Shown here one piece after another: positions 13,124-21,832 of a stretch of DNA of 43,708 bases. Within the stretch, counting starts at the first letter, position 1, and each line of letters opens with the position of its first letter. A program made the translations under genes and the position numbers. This DNA comes from a virus (lineage: Duplodnaviria > Caudoviricetes): IMG/VR virus record IMGVR_UViG_3300025084_000065, positions 1 to 43,708 of that record, one strand, 5' to 3'. The notes beneath the pieces were generated by a model, which did no database searches, was not told the origin of the DNA, and saw only the letters and a program-made list of their open reading frames with translations.

Positions 13124-13151
13124 TGTAAATAAAACTCACTTTCATAATATA

Positions 13152-13550
13152 TTATCTTCTTCCTATATGATATTTAGGAATTAATTCCCACTCTGATTTT
13201 TCTCTATGTGGTATAATTTTAATTTGAGACATACTAGAAATAGGATCTAAATCATCATCTAATATTTCTAGAAGAGACCACTCTTCTAAAAGTTTTACTA
13301 TTTTGTTTCTTCTTCCGATATCAGCATCGGACAAATCACTTTCTAGACCATCCAATATGAAAAATTCTTTAAAATGTAATATTGCATATTTACCTCTCTT
13401 GTGGAGGATATGACAAGACTGATATAATTTCTTTTCTTTACGAGAAGAAACACCAATTCTAGTAAGGGTTTCTTTTATTTTTAAAAAATCATCGGAATTT
13501 TTTAAATTTATTTCAATACCCAGACCTTCAAAAACATCCTCTTGTTCCAT
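13152..13550 (-). CDS. regA: RegA translational repressor
   Basis: DFLKIKETLTRIGVSS, LYQSCHILHKRGKYAILHFKE and WELIPKYHIG; downstream of gp62. Confidence 0.95.
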   Translation of the reverse strand: MEQEDVFEGLGIEINLKNSDDFLKIKETLTRIGVSSRKEKKLYQSCHILHKRGKYAILHFKEFFILDGLESDLSDADIGRRNKIVKLLEEWSLLEILDDDLDPISSMSQIKIIPHREKSEWELIPKYHIGRR

Positions 13551-13555
13551 ACAAA

Positions 13556-13572
13556 AGCCTCCTGTTTAGGCT
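13556..13572 (-). promoter_or_regulatory. Hairpin overlapping the regA ribosome-binding site
   Basis: The minus strand reads AGCCT-AAACAGG-AGGCT-TTTGT-ATG; the AGGAGG Shine-Dalgarno spans the loop and 3' arm. Confidence 0.45.
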
Positions 13573-13589
13573 AATATATGTATGTTTTA

Positions 13590-13970
13590 CTAAGATCTAC
13601 CCCCTCTGGTATACTTTATCCTAAGTTTTTCAACACCAGATTTACCTAGAATTGACATAGCATCTTTTGCTTTTCTGTCACTATATCCATAGTGTTCTTT
13701 TATAAATTCTAGATCATCCGAAGACTCAGATTTATCCCAGCGACTAAATCGTTTTCGCTTTCGGATACTGTATATGTAATAATCATACTGTAACTTATTA
13801 TCAATATGAAAGTGTAAATTCATATTGTTTGCATGTAATATAGTATCCATAAAGTAAGAAAGACATCTGTTTGATACAAAAGCAGGATACAATTTTTCGC
13901 AATTAGAATCAGAATCCATTACATTTTGTTTTGTATCGTTTATAGATTTGAGAAAATCTGTAAGTTTCAT
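13590..13970 (-). CDS. gp62: Clamp loader small subunit
   Basis: LTDFLKSIN, NRCLSYFMD, QYDYY..SIRKRKRFS and YGYS..KA; synteny with gp44 and regA. Confidence 0.9.
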   Translation of the reverse strand: MKLTDFLKSINDTKQNVMDSDSNCEKLYPAFVSNRCLSYFMDTILHANNMNLHFHIDNKLQYDYYIYSIRKRKRFSRWDKSESSDDLEFIKEHYGYSDRKAKDAMSILGKSGVEKLRIKYTRGGRS

Positions 13971-14245
13971 CTATCCACCATTAAAATATTAGTAAATTCT
14001 ACCAAGTCTAAAGTTAAAGAATCATCTTTGTAAAAAGATCCAGAATTCACACCCAACTTCCAATATACCATATCATTAACTTTAATGTCTTCAGTTACTT
14101 CACTTCCAACAGAATAAACTTTGCTCCATACATGTAAATTTTCTGGTAAAGCATCATTATATACAATTCCATTTTCAGTTGTATGTTCTTTCTTCAATAC
14201 TGTTTGTACAGCAACCCAATTACCATGAGCTTTAAAATTAGTCAT
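13967..14245 (-). CDS. GroES/Cpn10-like co-chaperonin
   Basis: 92 aa; aligns by eye to GroES (KAHGNWVAV, mobile loop TTENGIVY, VYSVGSEV..IKVNDMVYW, EFTNILMV). Confidence 0.65.
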   Translation of the reverse strand: MTNFKAHGNWVAVQTVLKKEHTTENGIVYNDALPENLHVWSKVYSVGSEVTEDIKVNDMVYWKLGVNSGSFYKDDSLTLDLVEFTNILMVDR

Positions 14246-14257
14246 TATATTTCCTTA

Positions 14258-15187
14258 TTATTTAAAATTACACCGCATCATCAGTTCAACAATACACGCA
14301 ACAAAATTAATTTCTTGGTCTGCAACAAAAGCAGATTTGTATTGATATTCAGCAATAATTAAAACCGCCTCAGGAACAGATGTTTTTTCTACAGAATCAT
14401 ACAGGGTTTCGTATATTTTTCTAAAAAGTTCTGGTGGGGAATTATCCAGATTAGAAACAATCCACTTTCTAGCATCAGTAAAATTTTTATCCTTCATTGC
14501 AAGAATAAGATCTTTAATTTTTATATTTTCGAAGTCTGATAAAATACCCACGTCAATTTTACCAGAAACAGAATATCGCTGAATTTCATTAAGCATTCTC
14601 CGTATATCAGGAAAATGCATCATGATTAGTTTAATCAAAACTTCTTTTTCGTACGGAATACCTTCAGTTTCCAAAACATATACAATACGAGATAGCATCT
14701 CCTTTGCTAAAAATGGTTTTTCTGTTGATGGAATACTAAATTCGATATTTGTGCATCGTGAATGAATAGGTGAAATAATTCTATTCTTGTAATTGCAAGT
14801 TAAGATAAATCGACAATTACCCGCAAATTCTTCAATCGCACCACGAAGAGCAGGTTGGATTGAGTTTGCATTTGAATAATCAAACTCATCTAGAATTACG
14901 ACCTTTTGGTTTCCGTTTAATGAAACCGTGCTGGCAAAATCACGAATCTTCACACGAAGTGTGTCAATGTTCCTATCTTCAGAGCAGTTAATCAAAATAT
15001 GCTCCGCATTAAGATCGTTACATAGCGCTCGTGCTACACTGGTTTTACCAGTACCAGCAGAGCCACACAGCAAAATATTCTGTGCAACTCCACTCTTTAC
15101 CATTTCCCTGAACGTGTTTTTCAGATCGGTTGATAGAATACATTCTTCGATTGTTTTTGGTCGATACTTCTCTACAAATAGGTCCAT
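14258..15187 (-). CDS. gp44: Clamp loader large subunit (AAA+)
   Basis: VEKYRPKTIEECIL, GSAGTGKT (Walker A), ILDEFD and SRC. Confidence 0.95.
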   Translation of the reverse strand: MDLFVEKYRPKTIEECILSTDLKNTFREMVKSGVAQNILLCGSAGTGKTSVARALCNDLNAEHILINCSEDRNIDTLRVKIRDFASTVSLNGNQKVVILDEFDYSNANSIQPALRGAIEEFAGNCRFILTCNYKNRIISPIHSRCTNIEFSIPSTEKPFLAKEMLSRIVYVLETEGIPYEKEVLIKLIMMHFPDIRRMLNEIQRYSVSGKIDVGILSDFENIKIKDLILAMKDKNFTDARKWIVSNLDNSPPELFRKIYETLYDSVEKTSVPEAVLIIAEYQYKSAFVADQEINFVACIVELMMRCNFK

Positions 15188-15894
15188 CAGATAGACGCTC
15201 CTTCGGCAGTAAGCTCTCTAGAATACGAACTAGTAGACTCCTGAGCAACCCAATACGTAAGATCTAGACCATCCGCATTTACAAACTCAGAAACAATATT
15301 TTCTGCAATATTCATTGTGTATGAACCCGCAATAAATCTAAGATTATCAATATTAAAATCAAAGTTAAAAACTGAATCTTCTTCAAAATCAACACCTTCA
15401 ATGTCAATTGAAAAGGAATTACTACCAACATTTTTTTTATCATAAACTACAGCAGAAACTGTAGATCCATCACACTTAATAGATAGATCTGACAACCCCA
15501 AGACAGAGGATGCTTTTTTCAATTCTGAAAATGTGCTTTCTTTAAGTTCTAAGGATACGACAGAGTCTGGCATTTTTACGTCTTTCTGAGGAACCGTAAG
15601 TAGACTAGGTTCTGAGTAGAAATATTTAACTCTTGAAGATTTACCATTTGTAATGGTCACATATTTTTCATCAAAATCAAATTCTGGATTATCAAACAAA
15701 GATACTGTACCAAGAAAACTGGTCAAATCCCAAATACCAAACTTAATAGGAAATTCTTCTTCGACCTGCGCAGTAGCCATAACATTTTTAGCTGAAGTAA
15801 GGGTCTTTATTGTATTACCCGGATTAACTAAAATATTAGAATTTAGATCACGAAAATTCTTAAGAATCGAGAGAGTCTCTCTAGAGATATGCAT
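15187..15894 (-). CDS. gp45: Sliding clamp
   Basis: ISRETLSILKNF..NSNI and FGIWDLTSFL; immediately upstream of gp44. Confidence 0.92.
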   Translation of the reverse strand: MHISRETLSILKNFRDLNSNILVNPGNTIKTLTSAKNVMATAQVEEEFPIKFGIWDLTSFLGTVSLFDNPEFDFDEKYVTITNGKSSRVKYFYSEPSLLTVPQKDVKMPDSVVSLELKESTFSELKKASSVLGLSDLSIKCDGSTVSAVVYDKKNVGSNSFSIDIEGVDFEEDSVFNFDFNIDNLRFIAGSYTMNIAENIVSEFVNADGLDLTYWVAQESTSSYSRELTAEGASI

Positions 15895-15920
15895 CAATTA
15901 CTCCTTTATAGTGTAAATTA

Positions 15921-16106
15921 TTACTCGTCATCGTTTAACTCTTCCATCATATCATAATAATAATCATTGTCAATCTTTCCATTACTAAAATTATTTAACA
16001 TATCTTTTGTGTGGTGACGATTTGATTTTTGTTTTCTTTTATTGGAAGATCTTCTTTCTCTATATTCACAACGATCTTCATACATTTTTTTATTTTTCTT
16101 ATTCAT
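15921..16106 (-). CDS. Small basic/acidic hypothetical protein
   Basis: About 61-aa ORF with a basic N-terminal part and acidic C-terminus, filling the gap before gp45. Confidence 0.45.
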   Translation of the reverse strand: MNKKNKKMYEDRCEYRERRSSNKRKQKSNRHHTKDMLNNFSNGKIDNDYYYDMMEELNDDE

Positions 16107-16108
16107 AA

Positions 16109-16423
16109 TTAAAGCTCGACCCAATGATTACCATTATTATCAATTACCCTTTTATATCTAACACCACTATTCAAGTTCAACCACTCATCTCCTTCTTTTG
16201 AAATAAAAGGTTCTGTTTTAGATGAGAAAAAAACTTGTGTTTCTGAAAACTTAACCCAACCAGAAGACTCTCCCAACATCGGATTTGATGATGTGTTAGA
16301 ATTTTTGCAAATATAGTATTCACCATTAATAGAAACCATATCACCTTTATTGTAGGTAATAGAAATTCCAACTTCATTTACTGATTTATATTTACCAATT
16401 AAATTAAATGAATCAAAATTCAT
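16109..16423 (-). CDS. Small protein with a CBM5/12-like module and a fibre-type module
   Basis: YNKGDMVSINGEYYIC...NP...GW resembles CBM5/12; EGDEWLNLNSGVRY resembles the fibre module. Confidence 0.5.
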   Translation of the reverse strand: MNFDSFNLIGKYKSVNEVGISITYNKGDMVSINGEYYICKNSNTSSNPMLGESSGWVKFSETQVFFSSKTEPFISKEGDEWLNLNSGVRYKRVIDNNGNHWVEL

Positions 16424-17151
16424 GTCAAAACCCTAACTAAAATTGTGGTGTCATTAAACCTACCTGTTACATCCCTAGATTTAGTTTTACAATTTAATAA
16501 TTCTTTGTGAATATTGGCAGGTCCAATTTCATAAAATTTAGGAATCAGCTTATTTGCATTCCTACTAACTCTCTTTACGAAAGAAGTTTTATTATTAAAA
16601 TTCTGTAAAGTTGTTCCTTTAATACCAAAAGAATTATCTGTTTCGTAGTAATAAATATCACCAGTTTTTGTGTTATATGCAATAAAAGACTTACATTTCA
16701 GAATCTTAACTGGGTCGAAAGAATTTATCAATCTAGTTCCGAACATAGAAGAATCCATATACTTCAATGTTTTAACTATATCTTCAGGCTTCTTTATCTT
16801 TTTCTTTTTGGTGATTTTAGAATAAGAAGCGAAGTCATCACAAATTTCAGAGACAAATTCATGTAGTTTTTTAAGTTTACTAGAACTAAGGAAATTATAA
16901 CCTTCAACTAAATCAACATCATTATGGTTTATTGCCTCTTCTAACTCATTCTTTAGATTCGTGAACCACTGTGACAAATATTTAGAGTCGGATTTTTTAA
17001 TTTTGTATGTTTTTAGAAGATTAATTAATCTCCGCTTTCTGTTATATTCATTATTTTTTAGATTTTCGATGTAAGAATCAATCCAAGATTCTACATGTTC
17101 TGCTACTTCATCTGCTTCTTTTGTAACTCGTGTTTGTAATTTAGTCATCAT
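16420..17151 (-). CDS. Hypothetical protein
   Basis: 243-aa ORF translationally coupled to both neighbours (FGIKGTTLQNF, TGRFNDTTIL). Confidence 0.6.
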   Translation of the reverse strand: MMTKLQTRVTKEADEVAEHVESWIDSYIENLKNNEYNRKRRLINLLKTYKIKKSDSKYLSQWFTNLKNELEEAINHNDVDLVEGYNFLSSSKLKKLHEFVSEICDDFASYSKITKKKKIKKPEDIVKTLKYMDSSMFGTRLINSFDPVKILKCKSFIAYNTKTGDIYYYETDNSFGIKGTTLQNFNNKTSFVKRVSRNANKLIPKFYEIGPANIHKELLNCKTKSRDVTGRFNDTTILVRVLT

Positions 17152-18716
17152 TTTTTCCTAAAAACATATATTGGTTCATATTTATAGTATTTACCTTCTA
17201 CCATACAATAATTTTTACATTTAGGTTTGCCATCATCTCCAACTCTATTTTGTCCGGGCATTCCCTCCATAGCCATTTTTAGTTTATCAACATAAAGCAA
17301 TCCATTTTCTTCTATAAATTGTACAGAATCGTTTTCTAATGGTAAATATTTACCCTTGATCAAAATATCTGCTATATTCCACAATAGATATCCACCACAT
17401 TTTAACATATCACAACATGTTTGTAAAGTAGGTTTTAAGAAATCATCTCGCCATGTCTCATATGTATTGCCATATTTTTTATAAGATTGGTTCTCATCTT
17501 CACTATACGCCTCCCGATTAAAGTAAGGAGGTGAAGTAAATACAATATCTATATCACCACGATGTTTAAGGAAGTCTTCATTTTTTCCTATTTCTTCTGA
17601 ACCGAGTCGGTAAAGCTCGTAACTATTTGTGTGGGAGAAGAATGAATTTCCTCTGTACGTCTTAGAATTATAAAAATGCGCCACACGCGAGTAACGAGAA
17701 GTTCCATCATATAAGAAATTATCAGGATTGGGATCAGTACCGATATAGTGAACATTACGGTTGTCCCGAACAGACATAGCACCCAAAATCCTACCACCCC
17801 ATCCAGCAGAAGGGTCGTATATTTTAATTTGTTGCGTACTTGGTTCAGTGAATCGCTCATATAAGTATTTAGCAGTTCCTGGAGGAAAGTTTACGGCAGG
17901 TTGAATATAACCAATTCTAAATGCCTTAAATCCAATCGGAAAAACTTTACCACCTCTTTTATAGATACGAATCGAGTACACTCTATTATCTGACATATTT
18001 TCAATATCGAAGGTGGAATGATGTTTGTACTTTAGCCATCCCATATCTTTATATTCTGAGACCTGATCTGCAGTCAGTTGCAATATATCAGATTGCTCAA
18101 CTTGATTATAACTACTACTCAACCCGTCTCTAACCTTAACTTCCTCTAAAAAGAAATCCCTATCTCTGAATAATTCAGGTCTAGTAAAAAATGATTGTAT
18201 CCAATCTTTTGCATCAGAAACAGCAACGACAGAAACTTTTTTATTATCCTTTAGTGCGGAAACAGCATGGTCATAGAAAGAGTCGCGTCTGAAATGACGT
18301 AAACTACCTTTATATACCTGCTCAAGTCGATTGGGATCTGATACCAGATCATAAATAGAATATCCATTGTCCAAATCAGTATAATTGATTCTAGTTTTAA
18401 ACATATTATCAAAAAACTGATCAACTTCAGATCCAATGCGAGACTTGTTTATAATTACGTCTCCCTGAGAGGTCCCCAGATCGTCTGTGTGCTCATACGT
18501 ATGAACTGGAAAGGTCTCGAGTAGGTTCCACTTTTTAATTATGTCTTCTATTGACTTTCCAGTTCTGGGAGGACATTTTTCATCATCCCAAATATCAGTG
18601 AAAGTCTTTCTCATAAGAATAACCCAATCTTTGAACTGATCTGGTCTCATTTCCAGAAGGTCTTCAAAGTTTACATTCATCTTATGGTTGATAATATAGT
18701 CATTACGTTGATACAT
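17148..18716 (-). CDS. DNA amino-methyltransferase-like protein (N4C/N6A type)
   Basis: SAM-binding YDPSAGWGGR, YIGTDPN and catalytic FTSPPYF. Probable start at 18716 (TAATG overlap with the upstream stop). Confidence 0.8.
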   Translation of the reverse strand: MYQRNDYIINHKMNVNFEDLLEMRPDQFKDWVILMRKTFTDIWDDEKCPPRTGKSIEDIIKKWNLLETFPVHTYEHTDDLGTSQGDVIINKSRIGSEVDQFFDNMFKTRINYTDLDNGYSIYDLVSDPNRLEQVYKGSLRHFRRDSFYDHAVSALKDNKKVSVVAVSDAKDWIQSFFTRPELFRDRDFFLEEVKVRDGLSSSYNQVEQSDILQLTADQVSEYKDMGWLKYKHHSTFDIENMSDNRVYSIRIYKRGGKVFPIGFKAFRIGYIQPAVNFPPGTAKYLYERFTEPSTQQIKIYDPSAGWGGRILGAMSVRDNRNVHYIGTDPNPDNFLYDGTSRYSRVAHFYNSKTYRGNSFFSHTNSYELYRLGSEEIGKNEDFLKHRGDIDIVFTSPPYFNREAYSEDENQSYKKYGNTYETWRDDFLKPTLQTCCDMLKCGGYLLWNIADILIKGKYLPLENDSVQFIEENGLLYVDKLKMAMEGMPGQNRVGDDGKPKCKNYCMVEGKYYKYEPIYVFRKK

Positions 18717-19483
18717 TAAGATCCTACATTCCAAAAAAGTGCGCCAGGTGACGCATAATCTTTGATAAACTCCCACGCTTTTGCATCGTAGGTTGGTGCT
18801 GACGGGAATGGGGGCAACACTTTAGTTGCTTTGTTGAAGGCGTATTTCGACTTGTAGATCTTTGCCTTTCCATACTCGCCGCTATGTCCCACACGGACGC
18901 AGTGAAAGGAGGCTCCTGGCCAGGCGAGTTGTAGTCCTCTGGTGAGTGTTCCACTTGAACCTACGCTCCAGACTTCATCTGGAGATACATCCATGCTACG
19001 AGCAACCCTAATGATGGAAGCGATAATAGTAGGATGGTCAACCCCAATAGGAATAAGTTTGCGCCTTGTTGGATCTTCTGCAACATAATCTCTTGCCCTT
19101 TTCTCGGTTACACTAAGCATTCCGTTTGGAACCCAGTTCATTATAGCACCTTCTTTGATTGCTTGCAACTGATAAGGATGTCTTTTTTCAACAGCACGAT
19201 CTGCCATGAAGATCACTGCCTTCTTACCATATCTAGTACAAAGGCGTGGCAGTGAAATCTGAGCATAACCAGTGGCAGGTGAACTGCCATAGACCCACTC
19301 ATCAATCTCAGGCTGCGACTGGATCAGGTAATCGGCGAATCGCATCTTCGATCCACCACCAATGAGATCGTCACGGACAATCTTAAATCCTTTGTGTGTT
19401 TCGATCACAGGATCTGGTAATGGATCCTTCCAATTACCTATCAATTCAAGATAATCATCTGTAGTTTCTTCGAATAAACTCAT
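18716..19483 (-). CDS. PLP-dependent fold-type II enzyme (TrpB/ACC-deaminase/D-cysteine desulfhydrase-like)
   Basis: VRDDLIGGGSKMR (Schiff-base Lys), VWSVGSSGTLTRGL (phosphate loop) and YDAKAW. Confidence 0.75.
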   Translation of the reverse strand: MSLFEETTDDYLELIGNWKDPLPDPVIETHKGFKIVRDDLIGGGSKMRFADYLIQSQPEIDEWVYGSSPATGYAQISLPRLCTRYGKKAVIFMADRAVEKRHPYQLQAIKEGAIMNWVPNGMLSVTEKRARDYVAEDPTRRKLIPIGVDHPTIIASIIRVARSMDVSPDEVWSVGSSGTLTRGLQLAWPGASFHCVRVGHSGEYGKAKIYKSKYAFNKATKVLPPFPSAPTYDAKAWEFIKDYASPGALFWNVGS

Positions 19484-21201
19484 GACATTTTCATTTTACT
19501 AAAATTATTTCTTTTATTAAACGAAATAGTTTTTTCAAATTTATCTATCAATTGATCTTTTTTGTGTGTAATAACATATACACTATTACTTGCTGCCAAG
19601 TTTTTCAATACACCGCTAAGATCATCAACCCCAAGGGAGTCAAGAGATGAATCAAAAACTTCATCCAGTATTAATAAATTACAATGCGAACTATTTTTAA
19701 TCTTTGCTATTTCTCTCCAAGCTAACAATATTGCCAAATCAATCCTAGCTTTTTCCCCTTCACTAAAATTCATGTAACTAAAAGTATCTCTATGTCTACT
19801 TTTAATTTCTTCATTGAATTCCTCGTCTAATGTAAAGGAAACAAAAAAATTCATTTCATTTAAATATTTGTTTATTATTTCATTCATTACAGGTAAATAA
19901 TTTTTTATTATTTTTGATTTTATACCAGAATCTTTTAACAGCATACTCATTATATTGTAGTTGTTTTTTGTATCTTTTAATTTTTCTAATTTGCAACTTT
20001 GTGTATCTAATTCATTCTGATATTGATTTTTTTTATTCGTCGATTCCTCTATTCCAGAATCAAAAGAATTTTCATCAAAAGTATCAGAGTTTAGTGATTT
20101 TATATATTTCATTCCTGCACTTATAGAATTATTTTTTTCGTTGATCTCGAATTTAGTATTATTAATTTTTGATATTATGACTTCAACATTTTCTATTTCT
20201 AGTTTTATTAGTTGACAGTTTTCTTTTAATTTTAAAACTTGATCTTCCGTTTTTGTTTTTATATCCAGTAACGATTTATTTTTTTCTTCTTTGAATTCTG
20301 ATGATAATTTTTGATCGCATGTAGGACATGACTCATTTTTTGAGTAAAATTGCAAATCATCATTTATTTTTTTAACTTTATCAATAAAACTAGACGTAAT
20401 TGATTTACACTTATTAAGTTTAGAAGTTAAATCTATTTTTTTATTTTCTATATTATCAAACTCAGATATGTTATCTAACAATTTAGTAACAGATAACTGA
20501 AGATTTTCTATTTCCTGTTCAGTTGTTTTTATTTTTTTAATGTTATTAGATATGTTATCATTTTTACTTCTTTTTAATGTTTCGATATTAGAATCTTGTA
20601 TATCTATTTTTTCTTTTAATATTTCAATTTCTTTACTTAGTGTAGATAAACGTTCTTTGTTCATTGACATTTTAGCTTTTAATATAAAATTCATTGAACT
20701 GAATATATCAATATTTAATATATTTTCTATAATCTGTCTTCTATCTGCAGGAGTTAATTGCATGAATGGAATAAAAGAGGAACTACCTAAAGTAACTATT
20801 TGGGTAAATGATTTATAATTCATTTTTAAGATTTGATCTTCTAACATAGTTTGATAATCTTTAGCTTTTGCGTTTTGTTTAAGTAAATTATCATTTCTGT
20901 ATATTTCAAATTTTTTGGGTTTCAGACATCTAACAACTCTGTAAGTGTCAGATCCAGTTTCAAATAAAACCTCCACAACACAATCTTTGTTGTTGATGCT
21001 ATTTACCAACTGTGGAATATTTATTTTTCGGAATGGTTTACCAAATAAAGCAAACGTAATAGAATCAAGCATAGCATATGATTTTCCGTGACCATTAGAA
21101 CCATAAACTAAAGTCATTCTAGAATCATCAAAATTTATTTTTGTAAAATAATTACCAAAGGAACCAAAGTTTTTAAATTTTATATATTTAAATTCAATCA
21201 T
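19480..21201 (-). CDS. gp46: Recombination ATPase (Rad50/SbcC-like)
   Basis: GSNGHGKS, CPTC zinc hook, FSEGEK signature and LILDEVFD. Confidence 0.95.
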   Translation of the reverse strand: MIEFKYIKFKNFGSFGNYFTKINFDDSRMTLVYGSNGHGKSYAMLDSITFALFGKPFRKINIPQLVNSINNKDCVVEVLFETGSDTYRVVRCLKPKKFEIYRNDNLLKQNAKAKDYQTMLEDQILKMNYKSFTQIVTLGSSSFIPFMQLTPADRRQIIENILNIDIFSSMNFILKAKMSMNKERLSTLSKEIEILKEKIDIQDSNIETLKRSKNDNISNNIKKIKTTEQEIENLQLSVTKLLDNISEFDNIENKKIDLTSKLNKCKSITSSFIDKVKKINDDLQFYSKNESCPTCDQKLSSEFKEEKNKSLLDIKTKTEDQVLKLKENCQLIKLEIENVEVIISKINNTKFEINEKNNSISAGMKYIKSLNSDTFDENSFDSGIEESTNKKNQYQNELDTQSCKLEKLKDTKNNYNIMSMLLKDSGIKSKIIKNYLPVMNEIINKYLNEMNFFVSFTLDEEFNEEIKSRHRDTFSYMNFSEGEKARIDLAILLAWREIAKIKNSSHCNLLILDEVFDSSLDSLGVDDLSGVLKNLAASNSVYVITHKKDQLIDKFEKTISFNKRNNFSKMKMS

Positions 21202-21832
21202 CTTTTATATCAATACTCTCCAATGCATTTTTGTTTGTCATAGATTGAAATTGTACATTTTTTATTTTTTGTTCTTCTTTGTCTAATGCTCTCTGCTGTT
21301 CTGGTTTTAATTTTTTCTTCTTACCGCACCCACAATCTTTTTTTGGTTTATTATCTGACATATTGGTAACCTCCTGAATTTCAGTAATATTTTCTGGTAA
21401 TGATAATGAAGTACCCTTTTCTAAGAAAACTGCAGCACGAATAGTAATAGTATTAAAAAATTCATTAAACGAGTAAACACAATTATGATCACCTGTTTTC
21501 TTATATAAGGCATAATTACCTAGTGGTATTATCAATGGATAACCATTTTCTTCAAAAATTGGATCCATTATTGGATATTCTAGAAGATAATGACTCATGA
21601 TGTGATCACCAATTAAATCTTCTTTAGTTGAGTGTGTTATTATTACTGGTATTTCTTCTACTATATCACCAGCAGATATATCATTTTTTGCTATAGCGTG
21701 ATAACCACCTGCAAACCCTGAGATTTCCGACTTTGGTTCCGAAAAAGAAGTAACAACAACTCTTTTTGAATTTATTTTATATTTTGAACCAGAACTAGCA
21801 TTTTTCCATTCTTTACTTTTATCACTTATCAT
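21194..21832 (-). CDS. Degenerate SET-domain-like protein
   Basis: GYHAIAKNDISAGDIVEEIP, LGNYALY...NC and ITIRA...KG follow the SET layout but lack NHS and the terminal Tyr; C-terminal KKDCGCGKKKK. Confidence 0.55.
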   Translation of the reverse strand: MISDKSKEWKNASSGSKYKINSKRVVVTSFSEPKSEISGFAGGYHAIAKNDISAGDIVEEIPVIITHSTKEDLIGDHIMSHYLLEYPIMDPIFEENGYPLIIPLGNYALYKKTGDHNCVYSFNEFFNTITIRAAVFLEKGTSLSLPENITEIQEVTNMSDNKPKKDCGCGKKKKLKPEQQRALDKEEQKIKNVQFQSMTNKNALESIDIKDD

